A DNA stretch of 64,000 nt from Thermoanaerobaculia bacterium (GTDB taxonomy: Bacteria > Acidobacteriota > Thermoanaerobaculia > UBA5066 > Gp7-AA6). The number at the start of each line of letters is the position of its first letter. Within the stretch, counting starts at the first letter, position 1. Location: assembly GCA_038253555.1 (NCBI GenBank), contig JBBSGZ010000001.1, forward strand, positions 4,941 to 68,940, given 5' to 3'. This document shows, piece after piece, positions 19,021 to 27,948 of this stretch. The translations under genes and the position numbers were made by a program. Under the pieces are notes generated by a model, which made no database searches, had not been told where the DNA came from, and saw only the letters and a list, made by a program, of their open reading frames with translations.

Positions 19021-20079
19021 TCAAATCTCCCGGAAGAAAAAGCGATCGAGTACTCCCAGGCGGGCCTGCCGGTCGTAATCCGGGTCCATCAGCCAGAGAG
19101 CGGCGGCGATCGAGGAGGCGAGCGAGTTGCCGTCCTGAGGCGTGAAACAGAAGCCGACGATGTCCCGATCGCCGTTGTTGGTGATGGTCGGCGCTGCCAC
19201 CACGGCCTGGGAGAGGATGCGGCCGTAGTACCCGTGGTCGCGTCCGAAGGAGAAAATCTGGTTGGACGAGCGCTTCTCCGTGATCGCGATCCGGCGATTC
19301 GCGCGAAGCAGATCGAGCGCCCGCTCCTTGGTCATCGGGTTCGTCAGCTCCAGGTCGAACCAGAGCGAGTGCATGTACTGGGTGTTCAACTTCATGGCAG
19401 ACGAAAACAACTTCGTCTTCCACCCGATCGTTTCGAGAAGGCGGGAGGCATCCCGGGCATGGTGCGTGCCGTACTGGGGGTCGTCGTGCTTGCCGGCAGA
19501 GGGTGCGGGAGCGAAGCTCGAGTTCTGCGAGACGTCGTTTGCCCGGCGCATGCAGACGAAGCGGCCGTGCTCGAGACCCGAGCCGTGGTCCTCGTTTTCC
19601 GACAGGGTCTTAACGAGCGCGGCGATGTTGTGTGTGTTGCAGGAGACCACCTGGAGAAACCGGTCCTCGCCCGCCACCAGAGCTCCGTCGTTGATTCCCA
19701 TCGCGTAGGGCTTTCCGAACCCGAACTCGCTGCCCTGCGCCAGGAAACCCCTCGGACCCGAGAGCTTCTCGTAGGCTTTCTTGTTCTCGTTACCCGCCGG
19801 CGTGCAGTCGATGACGACCGTGGCGCGCTCGAGAGCCTCCTGGGCCTCGTAGTCGACCTTGTGCCCGAGAGCCTCGAAGTCGGCGACCTTGTCCGGGTCG
19901 ACGGCCAGTTTGGCGCCGCGCTGGAGGAGGTGGTTCACCTTCGCGCGCTCGGTCGTCATCGGGGTGCGCTTGTGGAAGGTGATCTCGTCGATCCCCAGGT
20001 ATTTCTTGAAGTCGGCGAAGAGACCGATCAGGGGCTCGCCGATGGTGCCGGTGCCGACGACGTGTACGATCTTGTTCAT
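19021..20079 (-). CDS. Type II (archaeal-type) glyceraldehyde-3-phosphate dehydrogenase-like oxidoreductase
   Basis: The Rossmann N-terminus VHVVGTGTIGEP, VVIDCTPAGN, the active-site-like VVSCNTHNIAALVKTL and HHARD align by eye with archaeal GAPDH motifs (IDCTPEG, VVSCNTT, HHGPD). Confidence 0.68.
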   Translation of the reverse strand: MNKIVHVVGTGTIGEPLIGLFADFKKYLGIDEITFHKRTPMTTERAKVNHLLQRGAKLAVDPDKVADFEALGHKVDYEAQEALERATVVIDCTPAGNENKKAYEKLSGPRGFLAQGSEFGFGKPYAMGINDGALVAGEDRFLQVVSCNTHNIAALVKTLSENEDHGSGLEHGRFVCMRRANDVSQNSSFAPAPSAGKHDDPQYGTHHARDASRLLETIGWKTKLFSSAMKLNTQYMHSLWFDLELTNPMTKERALDLLRANRRIAITEKRSSNQIFSFGRDHGYYGRILSQAVVAAPTITNNGDRDIVGFCFTPQDGNSLASSIAAALWLMDPDYDRQARLGVLDRFFFREI

Positions 20080-20238
20080 GCGTTTCGTTCCTGCTTCCGT
20101 GTCTTTCGATGTGCCGGCTCTCGGGGCTTCCGGGGGTCCAGATCCGGGACCGGCGGGGAGGCGGGAAGAATACGACGAACGACGTCATTCTCCAACGTCC
20201 GCCGAAGCTTTGTCCGGCGGGAGGGACGGGACGATCGC

Positions 20239-20868
20239 ATGACCGATCGCATAGAAACGATCCTTTTTGCCGGCCCGGGGGGCCGTCTCGAAGGGCTGTG
20301 GAAGGACGTCGCCCCCCCCCGGAAGGGAGGCGCCGTTTTCGCCCATCCTCATCCTCTTTTCGGGGGCACCCTTCACAACAAGGTGGTCTTTCGCGCGGCC
20401 CGGGCGCTCGTCGAGAACGGCTGGGCCACTCTGCGATTCAACTTCCGCGGCGTGGGGCTCTCGGAGGGGAAGCACGATGAGGGGCGCGGAGAGACGCTCG
20501 ATGTCTTAGCCGCCGCGGACGAGGTCGAGCGCCGCACCGGAGCCCCGCTCGTGACGGGCGGATTTTCCTTCGGGTCGGCCGCGGCGCTGCGGGCGGCCGC
20601 CGGGGACGCGCGCGTTGCGGCCTTCATAGGGCTCGGCCTTCCGGTCGCGACGGAGTCGATCCGCCAGGCACCCCGGCCGGTCGTGCCTGCGCTCTTCGTC
20701 GTCGGTGAAGAGGACACCTTCGGCCCTCCGGATCTTCTGCGGGAGTTCGTCGGTCGGTCCGGCACGGTCGTCGTGGTGCCGCACGCGGGGCATTTTTTCG
20801 AAGGCAGGCTCCCGGAGCTCGAAGCCGCCATCGGGAGTTTCCTGCGCGGGCTTTCCGTTCCCTCGTGA
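20239..20868 (+). CDS. Alpha/beta hydrolase (short, DUF-like serine hydrolase)
   Basis: HPHPLFGGTLHNKVV and the nucleophile elbow GFSFGS are present, along with a C-terminal HAGHFF. Confidence 0.75.
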   Translation: MTDRIETILFAGPGGRLEGLWKDVAPPRKGGAVFAHPHPLFGGTLHNKVVFRAARALVENGWATLRFNFRGVGLSEGKHDEGRGETLDVLAAADEVERRTGAPLVTGGFSFGSAAALRAAAGDARVAAFIGLGLPVATESIRQAPRPVVPALFVVGEEDTFGPPDLLREFVGRSGTVVVVPHAGHFFEGRLPELEAAIGSFLRGLSVPS

Positions 20869-21440
20869 TCATGCCCGGTTCGGAGCTCTCACTGGAAACG
20901 CGCCGGGACCTTCTCGGTCTCGCCCGCCGGTCTCTCGAAGCGCATTTCCGCGGCGATCCGCTGCCACGTCTTTCCTCGGACCGCTCGGAGGCGTTTGGCG
21001 CCGCCCGCGCACTCTTCGTGACTCTGCGCAAAGGAGGCGATCTCCGCGGCTGCATCGGCACTCTGTCGCCGGAAGGGGACCTCGGGCGCACCGTTCCGCG
21101 GTTCGTGGTGCGCGCCGCCTTTGAAGATCCGCGCTTCCCGCCTCTGGATCTCGAGGAGCTTCCGTTCGTGGAGATCGAGATCTCCGTCCTGACGCCCCCG
21201 GCGGAGGTCGAGAGCCCGGAAGAGATCGAGGTCGGCCGCGACGGCCTCATCCTCGAGATGTCCGGCAGAAGCGGGCTTCTTCTCCCCCAGGTCGCCACCG
21301 AGTGGGACATGACCAGGGAGAGGTTCTTAGACGAGCTCTCCCGAAAAGCCGGCCTTCCTGCGGACGCGTGGCGGGATCCCGCCGCGCGCCTCTGGAAGTT
21401 CCAGGCAGAGGTGTTTGCGGAGGAGGGCGCGGGGGGTTAG
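20865..21440 (+). CDS. AMMECR1-domain protein (AmmeMemoRadiSam system protein A-like)
   Basis: ALFVTLRKGGDLRGCIGTL ... AAFEDPRFPPL ... EIEISVLTPP are AMMECR1 hallmarks. Confidence 0.85.
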   Translation: MIMPGSELSLETRRDLLGLARRSLEAHFRGDPLPRLSSDRSEAFGAARALFVTLRKGGDLRGCIGTLSPEGDLGRTVPRFVVRAAFEDPRFPPLDLEELPFVEIEISVLTPPAEVESPEEIEVGRDGLILEMSGRSGLLLPQVATEWDMTRERFLDELSRKAGLPADAWRDPAARLWKFQAEVFAEEGAGG

Positions 21441-21461
21441 GGTCGGGCGAAGGGCGAAGGG
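21431..21461 (+). repeat. G-tract / GGGCGAA repeat spanning the AMMECR1 gene stop codon
   Basis: ggggggttagggtcgggcgaagggcgaaggg: five G3+ tracts with the TAG stop embedded (21438-21440). Confidence 0.85.
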
Positions 21462-21508
21462 CCAGGTGAGGAAGGTGAAGGCCGGGTTCAGTTCCAGCCT
21501 CCCGTCCT

Positions 21509-22300
21509 TCACCCGGACGTTGATTTTGCCCCTCCGCCGCCCGCGCCTGTCCGCGAATAAAGCAGCAGGGCGGCGGCGACCGCCGCGTTCAGCGAGTCAA
21601 CCGGCTCTCGCATCGGCAGGGTCAGCCGCCGGTCGAGATACCGGTAGGCGCCGGCGGGAAGCCCTGTGCCTTCCGCTCCGATGACGAGCACCGACACCTC
21701 GTCGAGCGGCTTCTCGAAGGGATTTTCTCCCCCCGAGGCGACCGCCCCGGTGATGGTTCGCCCGGCGGCGCGCGCATCCGCGGCGAACGGCTCGAACGAG
21801 ACCCGCCCCGAGACGGGAATTCTGAGAACGCTTCCCGCGCTGGCGCGAACGGCGCGGGCATGAAAAAAGTCGGCAGACCCGGGCGCGGCCAGCACCCCCG
21901 CGGCGCCTGCGGCCTCCGCGACACGCACGATCGCTCCCAGGTTGCCGGGGTCCTGCACACCGAAAAGAAAGACCGCGGGCCCGCGGCGACTCAGGATTTC
22001 CCCGACCGGAACGTCCCGCCGCCGCGCGACAGCGAGAAGATGCTGGGGCGTCTTCGACTCCGCGAGACGCTCGAGCACCGCGCGGGAGACCAAGCGGGGA
22101 CGAGCCGAAGCGATGGCGGCCAGCCGCCCCGGCCGGATGCTCCCATCGTGCAGGAGGTGGTCGAGCGGCAGGCCTGCGGCAACCGCCTCTAAGATCGGCT
22201 TCTCCCCCTCGATCAAGAAGTGTGTGCGGGCCTCGATGGCACGAACGATCTCGCGCACGGCGGGGTTCGAGGGCGATTCGATTCCCGCCATGATCCCCAT
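21509..22300 (-). CDS. TrmH/SpoU-family RNA 2'-O-methyltransferase
   Basis: GVQDPGNLGAIVRVAEAAG, LVIGAEGTGL and VDSLNAAVAAALLLY motifs are present. The start was chosen at MGIMAGIES; the longer ORF N-terminus looks noncoding. Confidence 0.85.
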   Translation of the reverse strand: MGIMAGIESPSNPAVREIVRAIEARTHFLIEGEKPILEAVAAGLPLDHLLHDGSIRPGRLAAIASARPRLVSRAVLERLAESKTPQHLLAVARRRDVPVGEILSRRGPAVFLFGVQDPGNLGAIVRVAEAAGAAGVLAAPGSADFFHARAVRASAGSVLRIPVSGRVSFEPFAADARAAGRTITGAVASGGENPFEKPLDEVSVLVIGAEGTGLPAGAYRYLDRRLTLPMREPVDSLNAAVAAALLLYSRTGAGGGGAKSTSG

Positions 22301-22316
22301 GCTATAACCCGCGGCA

Positions 22317-23513
22317 ATGAGGTCTTGGCGCGAACGCCTCGCCGCCGCGGTGGACCTCGAAACGGCGACGCCGGGATCCCCGCTCTCCGCGCTGTGGACG
22401 TTTCCGGCCATGATCGCCTCCGCGTTTCTGGTCGCATGGGGGGCCGAGGCGGCGGAGTTCCTGATGTCCCAGGGACTGGCCCTCGCCGTGCTGGCGCTGG
22501 TGCAGACCTTTCCCGAGTTCGCCGTCGAGGCGGTCATCGCCTGGAAGGCGGGCAAGAACCCGGACCTGGTCCATCTCGCGATCGCGAATTTCACCGGCAG
22601 CCTGCGGCTCCTGACGGGGCTCGGATGGCCCATGATTTACGCGGTCGCGGCCTTCTACTCCCGGCGGAGGCGCAGGACGCCGCTCGGACGGATCCGGCTC
22701 GAGGATGACCACGCGGTGGAAGTCCTTGGACTCCTGCCCCCGCTGGCGTATTTCGTCGTCGTCTGGGCCAAGGGCAGTCTGTCGCTCGCGGATTCCGCCG
22801 TCCTCGCCTCGACCTACGGAATCTATCTCTCGGTACTCTTGAGAATGCCGCCTCGCGAGGAGGCGCTCGAGCAGGACGACGAGGTCCCCGCCGTATCCCG
22901 CTGGGCACTCTCCTTTTCGGGCGGAAAGCGATGGGCCGCGGTGGGCCTCCTTCTCTTAGGGGGCGGCGCGATCATCTTCTTCATCGCGGAGCCCTTCCTC
23001 ACGTCGATGATGGCGTTGGCGACGAGCCTCGGAATGTCCCAGTTCGTCTTCATCCAGTGGGTCGCCCCCTTCCTCTCGGAGTTCCCCGAGAAAACGTCCG
23101 CCTTCGCGTGGGCCCGCAGGATCACGCGAGCCCCGGTCGCTCTCGTGAACATGATCTCTTCCAACATCAACCAGTGGGGGATTCTGTCGGGCCTCCTCGC
23201 CGTCATCTACTGCTGGAGCCACGGATCGACCGACCCGCTCCCGTTCGACGACTTTCAGAGGGGCGAGATCCTTCTGACGATCCTCCAAGCGTTTCTTGGC
23301 TGGCTGTTTTTAGCGTCGATGAGCTTCGAGCGCTACGAGGCAATCGGGCTCTTCGCCCTGTGGGCGATTCAGTTCGTCGTCCCGTCGCTTCGCCACGAGA
23401 TGCTCTTTGTGTATGGTGGGTGGATCGTGATCGAGATCGGGCTCCTCCTGACGGGCCGCAAGAAACTTCTCGCGGTCGCCGCCTTCGAAAGATCGTGGAA
23501 GAGGCGCGGATGA
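22317..23513 (+). CDS. Polytopic membrane protein, possibly cation/Ca2+ exchanger (CaCA)-like
   Basis: About 10 TM helices with two alpha-repeat-like segments (LVQTFPEFAVEAV and APFLSEFPEKTSA). The family call is tentative. Confidence 0.5.
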   Translation: MRSWRERLAAAVDLETATPGSPLSALWTFPAMIASAFLVAWGAEAAEFLMSQGLALAVLALVQTFPEFAVEAVIAWKAGKNPDLVHLAIANFTGSLRLLTGLGWPMIYAVAAFYSRRRRRTPLGRIRLEDDHAVEVLGLLPPLAYFVVVWAKGSLSLADSAVLASTYGIYLSVLLRMPPREEALEQDDEVPAVSRWALSFSGGKRWAAVGLLLLGGGAIIFFIAEPFLTSMMALATSLGMSQFVFIQWVAPFLSEFPEKTSAFAWARRITRAPVALVNMISSNINQWGILSGLLAVIYCWSHGSTDPLPFDDFQRGEILLTILQAFLGWLFLASMSFERYEAIGLFALWAIQFVVPSLRHEMLFVYGGWIVIEIGLLLTGRKKLLAVAAFERSWKRRG

Positions 23514-24703
23514 GCGGGATACGCCTCTCCCGGCGCGTCGAGGAGCTCTGCCCCTCTTCGACCGTCGCCGTCGGCAAAGCGGCGAAGGCTCTCGCCGCCT
23601 CCGGGGTGGACGTGGTGGACTTCGGCCTCGGCGAGCCTGATTTTCCGACGCCCGATTTCGTCGCCCGCGCCGGAATCTCCGCCATCGAAAATGGACGCAC
23701 GAAGTACACGGATACGGCCGGCGCTCCCGCCCTCCGGGAAGCGATCGCGGAGAAATACCGGCGCGAGCAGGGGAGCGGGTGCCTCGCCGAAAACGTCCTC
23801 GTGACCGCGGGCGCGAAGCAGGCCGTTTTCAACGCGTGCCAGGCACTCTTCGACCCCGACGACCAGGTCGCCATGTTCGCGCCCTACTGGGTCTCCTTTC
23901 CGGAGATGGTGCGCCTCGCCGGCGCGCGCCCCGTTTTCGTCGAGACGACGCTCGAGGACGGATGGCGGCCGACGGCGGCGCTTCTGGAGGAGCACGCCGG
24001 TCCGGACGTGCGCGGCGTGGTCCTCAACTCTCCGAACAATCCGACGGGCGCCGTCGTCACCCGGCAGGAGCTCGAGCGAATCCTGGAATGGTGCGCGCGC
24101 CGCGGCGCCGTGCTTATTTTCGACGAGACTTACGACCGCTTTCTGTACGAGGGGCGAGAGCATGTCTCCGCAGCGGCCTTCCGGGAACGATACCCGCAGC
24201 AGATTGTCGTGACCGGCGCGGCGTCCAAAACGTACGCGATGACCGGCTGGAGACTCGGGTGGGCGCTGGCGCCCCGGGAGCTCGTGGCCGCGATGGCCTC
24301 GTACCAGAGTCATTCCACCTCCAACGCGTCTTCCATCTCGCAGGAGGCTGGCCGCCTCGCGCTGGAGGATCTGGAGCGCTCTGACGCCTCCGTCGCCGGC
24401 ATGCTCGCCCAGTACGCGTTACGCCGTACCGCGATGATGGAGGCGCTCGGAGGAATCCGGGACATCGAGACCGCGCCGCCCGAAGGCGCGTTCTACACCT
24501 TCCCCCGCGTGTCGGCCCTTTACGCCCGGATTGGAGTGTCCGGCTCCGTGGAGCTCTGCCGCCGGCTTCTCGCGGAGGCCCACGTCGCCGCGGTCCCGGG
24601 AGAAGCGTTCGGCGACGACGCCTGCATCCGGCTCTCCTTCGCGACGTCCCTCGAGAGGATCCACGAGGGGATGCGGAGATTCACGGAGTGGGCGGCGAAG
24701 TAG
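23510..24703 (+). CDS. Aspartate/aromatic aminotransferase (class I PLP aminotransferase)
   Basis: DFGLGEPDFPTP, NSPNNPTG and SKTYAMTGWRLGW (PLP lysine) are present. ATGA overlap with the upstream gene. Confidence 0.88.
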   Translation: MSGIRLSRRVEELCPSSTVAVGKAAKALAASGVDVVDFGLGEPDFPTPDFVARAGISAIENGRTKYTDTAGAPALREAIAEKYRREQGSGCLAENVLVTAGAKQAVFNACQALFDPDDQVAMFAPYWVSFPEMVRLAGARPVFVETTLEDGWRPTAALLEEHAGPDVRGVVLNSPNNPTGAVVTRQELERILEWCARRGAVLIFDETYDRFLYEGREHVSAAAFRERYPQQIVVTGAASKTYAMTGWRLGWALAPRELVAAMASYQSHSTSNASSISQEAGRLALEDLERSDASVAGMLAQYALRRTAMMEALGGIRDIETAPPEGAFYTFPRVSALYARIGVSGSVELCRRLLAEAHVAAVPGEAFGDDACIRLSFATSLERIHEGMRRFTEWAAK

Positions 24704-24720
24704 ACCGCGGGAGTCTGGAC

Positions 24721-25773
24721 TCAGGTTTCGAGCGGAGGCCCGCCGGGAAGGACAGCGTCGCGGCCAGACTCCCCTTCGTCCGCGCGCTCTGCGAGCGGCC
24801 TCTCTTCGGCCCCGCTCGACTGCGGGACATCGCCCGAGGCGGAGATTTCGGAAGGAACCCGACGAGAAGAGAGGGGCACGCGGCGTGCTGCCGGCTCGCT
24901 CGCGTCGAAAAGCGCGAGCACCGAGCCCCAGGCCGCGACGCGCGCGGCCGGGCGGACGGCGAGCAGCAGCAAGAGGAGTGCGAGGTTGACGGCGACCGCG
25001 GGACCCGACGGCGTCCGCTGTGCCCATGCGGCGGAGAACACGATCACGAGCGCGGCACAGGCGGCGACGCTCCAGAACAGAAGGACCCCGAGCCCCCGGA
25101 GACGCAGACCCCGCAACTGGCGCCACCCTTTTCGAAACCCCGCGATCGCGCCAATGCCCGCCGTCCACCGCCGGGCGGCCCGGGCGAAATCGTAGAGGAG
25201 GGTCAGCGATCCGAGGATCCAGAGCGCGACAGCCCAGACGAGGATCGCCCACACGCCGCGCCCCCCGGAATGCGGAGGCGCCCCTCGAAAGAGAGTTTTC
25301 GAGAAAAATCCGGTCAGCCCCAGCCACAGGCCGAGCGCGATTCCGGCGAGAAGAGCGAACAGGGCAAAACACTTCAGGTTGTGACCGAAATGGCGGCGCG
25401 AACCCGCCCAGAACGCGGCCCTCGATTCCCGGACCGAGAACACGTCTCGCCCGAGCGTCTCCACGATGCCGCCCGCGAAGAAAATCTGCAGAAGGACGCC
25501 GAGAAGCGCCGCCCACACCATCGACTGGCGGGCGCCCGCGATCGCCGCCGATTTCTCGCGCACGAAATCGAGCGCTTCGATCGGCGCGAAGTCCGGATGG
25601 TTGCGGATGAGGTGATCGCCGGCAAGGGTGTGCTGGAACGCATCGGCCATCGCCGGGGCGAGGGGGGCGGCGGACAGGGCCCCGAGGACCACCGCGCAGG
25701 AGGTCAAAAGAAGGATGAGCCGTCCCCGCGAGAGCGCCGCGAAGCCCGCCGAAAGCGCCCCTGGCCGGTTCAC
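24721..25773 (-). CDS. Hypothetical polytopic membrane protein
   Basis: Several hydrophobic helices and no recognised family. A start at GTG 25773 (GTGA overlap with the peptidase stop) is preferred over the ORF maximum at 25824. Confidence 0.55.
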   Translation of the reverse strand: MNRPGALSAGFAALSRGRLILLLTSCAVVLGALSAAPLAPAMADAFQHTLAGDHLIRNHPDFAPIEALDFVREKSAAIAGARQSMVWAALLGVLLQIFFAGGIVETLGRDVFSVRESRAAFWAGSRRHFGHNLKCFALFALLAGIALGLWLGLTGFFSKTLFRGAPPHSGGRGVWAILVWAVALWILGSLTLLYDFARAARRWTAGIGAIAGFRKGWRQLRGLRLRGLGVLLFWSVAACAALVIVFSAAWAQRTPSGPAVAVNLALLLLLLAVRPAARVAAWGSVLALFDASEPAARRVPLSSRRVPSEISASGDVPQSSGAEERPLAERADEGESGRDAVLPGGPPLET

Positions 25774-27905
25774 GCGAGGGACCAGAGGAGCTGCTGGAAG
25801 AGGGCGGCCAGAGCCGCCGCCCATCCCAGATACTTGGCCGACGCCGCCCGTCCGTGTGTGTCGGCGGCCCCGCGCCCGACACCTAAGACCTTCGAGTCAT
25901 TCAACCGGTTGGCGTCCCAGGCGTTCTTATGGTCCGGATCGACGGCCGCCCACGCGAGGCGCGAGGTCGAAAAGACGCGCAGGCGAACCCAGCGCGCCTC
26001 GGCCGCCAGCGCGCGATCGACGACCCGCCCGTCCTCGAACACGAGACGCGCCCCGGCGCCGTGCGGCCAGTCTCCCGTATTAGCGAAAAGAACGACGGTG
26101 TCCCAGCGTTTTGGCGCCCGGTTCTCCCGGGACGTTTTTTTGCCCTTTCCGAACGGGCGCCCCTTCTCGAGGGTGACGCGCGCGCCCCCCCTGTCGAACA
26201 GGCCGAAGTCCTCCGGCGCCCGTTCGCTGGTCGCGGAGACGACCTGCCAGTCGAGGCGTGCGGTGCCGAGCACGATCTGCGACCGGTATTTCGAGAGGTC
26301 GCGCCCGGTCGAGCGCTCGAACGCGTCGAAGAAGTCGGCCGTCGACGGATGTCGGAAGGACCACTGCTGAAAGAACGCGCGCTCGGCGCGCGCGAAAGCC
26401 TCCGGCCCGAGGTCGTTCCGCAGCTGCGCCATGAAGAGGCCCACCTTCATGTAGGAGTTGACGCCGTACGAATTTCCCGACGCGTAACCCCACGCGTTGC
26501 GCAGGATCGGGTCGAGGTTCTTTCCCGAAGCGGCGACGCCGTGCGCATAGGCGAGGGAGCCGATCCCGACGCCGCCCGGCAGCTCGACGAAATCGCGCGC
26601 GCCGAACGCGAGGGACATGGAGCGGTACTCGGCGTCCGTGTTGAGCCCCTCGTCGAGCCACGATTCCTCGAACTCGTTGGTTCCAACCATCCCGTAGAAA
26701 TACTGGTGCCCGAACTCGTGCAGCGTCACGTTCTGAGTGAATCGCGCCTTGCGCAGCGGCCAGCGCGAAAGGGGTGCGATGGTGCCGCCCGTGATGAAGG
26801 TGGGGTATTCCATGCCTCCGGAGCCGAGCCCGTCTTCCGGTGGATCGACGACGGTCAGGGTCTCGTACGGGTAGGCGCCGAACCAGAGCCCGTAGAACGA
26901 GAGGGCGACCCGCGCGCCCTCCTTGTAGGCCCCCCGGGCACCTAGATGGTCGGGCTGGAGGAGGAGCCGAACGGTGACCGGCTTGAGCGCGAGATCCCCG
27001 GCCGCCATGCCGAGCTCCGCGGCCGCGCGCGCGGTCCATTGCGGCGGTACGTCGCGCGAGGGTTCGAACCGGTACTCGTGCACGACGTAGCGGGGGTCGG
27101 CCGTCCAGGCGAAGTCGTGCACGTTCTCCTGGACGTACCGATAGGAGGTCCGGTCGCCCTGTCGCGTGTCCGAAACGCGCCGCCCCGTCGCGCCGACCAC
27201 GAACGACGCGGGGACGTTCAAAGTGACGTCGTAGTCGCCGAAGTCCGCGTAGAACTCGGAGTTGGCGTGGAACGCATGGCAATTCCATGCGCCGGCCTGG
27301 CGCTGGCGCATCCCCGCCGGCTCATAGACGCCGAGCTTGGGAAACCACTGCCCGACGAGGTGATAGTCGCGCACGAAGCCGGTTCTCGCGAAGATCCGGG
27401 GAAGCTTCGATCGGAATTCGATTTCCAGAGCGATCTGTCCTCGCGGCGCCACGGGGGAGGGAAGGGGAACGGCGAGCACCGTCTCGTCGGCCGGTTCGTT
27501 CCCGTCCGGCTGGATTTTGCGGGAAGGGCCAAGCAGGTCCGTCCCTGCCTCGTTCTTCAGAGAAAGAATGTCGATGGCGCCCCAGTCTTCCGCCTTCTCG
27601 CCGGCGTGGTCGCCGCGCAGTTGCCCGCCGGATTCCCGCATGAAGGTCGAGCGGTTGTTTTTGAAGGCGTTCAGGTAGAGGTGGAATTGCAGCTCCGAGA
27701 CGCGGTCGTTGGAAGGATTGCGCCATACGAGCCGCTCGTGGCCCGTGACGACATGCGATTTCGGATCGAGCCTGGCGTCGATCCGGTACTCGACCACCGG
27801 CGGGCGGACCGGCGTCGCGGCGAGGGCGCCCGCCGGCGCGGCGAGTCCGGCGGCGGTCCAGATCGACCCGAGGATCCGGCGAACTGATGTTTGGCGCATT
27901 GTCAT
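25770..27905 (-). CDS. Secreted M1-family zinc metallopeptidase
   Basis: A signal peptide is followed by the HEFGHQYFYG ... WLDEGLN (HExxH-18-E) gluzincin motif. Confidence 0.88.
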   Translation of the reverse strand: MTMRQTSVRRILGSIWTAAGLAAPAGALAATPVRPPVVEYRIDARLDPKSHVVTGHERLVWRNPSNDRVSELQFHLYLNAFKNNRSTFMRESGGQLRGDHAGEKAEDWGAIDILSLKNEAGTDLLGPSRKIQPDGNEPADETVLAVPLPSPVAPRGQIALEIEFRSKLPRIFARTGFVRDYHLVGQWFPKLGVYEPAGMRQRQAGAWNCHAFHANSEFYADFGDYDVTLNVPASFVVGATGRRVSDTRQGDRTSYRYVQENVHDFAWTADPRYVVHEYRFEPSRDVPPQWTARAAAELGMAAGDLALKPVTVRLLLQPDHLGARGAYKEGARVALSFYGLWFGAYPYETLTVVDPPEDGLGSGGMEYPTFITGGTIAPLSRWPLRKARFTQNVTLHEFGHQYFYGMVGTNEFEESWLDEGLNTDAEYRSMSLAFGARDFVELPGGVGIGSLAYAHGVAASGKNLDPILRNAWGYASGNSYGVNSYMKVGLFMAQLRNDLGPEAFARAERAFFQQWSFRHPSTADFFDAFERSTGRDLSKYRSQIVLGTARLDWQVVSATSERAPEDFGLFDRGGARVTLEKGRPFGKGKKTSRENRAPKRWDTVVLFANTGDWPHGAGARLVFEDGRVVDRALAAEARWVRLRVFSTSRLAWAAVDPDHKNAWDANRLNDSKVLGVGRGAADTHGRAASAKYLGWAAALAALFQQLLWSLA

Positions 27906-27948
27906 CGAGGCGGCGAACGATATTCGGAAATCAGTCAGAATCCAAACC

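Noticed and set aside
20123-20165. G-tract cluster (GGGG..GGGGG..GGG..GGGG..GGG) in the GAPDH-like/hydrolase divergent region as a further regulatory G4
   Set aside because: It formally fits relaxed G4 rules but has irregular loops and no heptamer periodicity. In DNA this GC-rich such clusters are expected by chance, so it is not reported as a finding.
21472-21513. Hairpin ggtgaagg(24 nt)ccttcacc as an intrinsic terminator between the AMMECR1 and TrmH genes
   Set aside because: The loop is long, there is no T-tract on either strand, and the right arm lies inside the trmH 3' coding end. This is too weak to call a terminator.
27055-27075. ggttcgaacc, a T-loop-like string that could hint at a tRNA
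   Set aside because: It lies inside the M1 peptidase coding sequence with no surrounding cloverleaf complementarity. No intergenic region in the window is tRNA-like.
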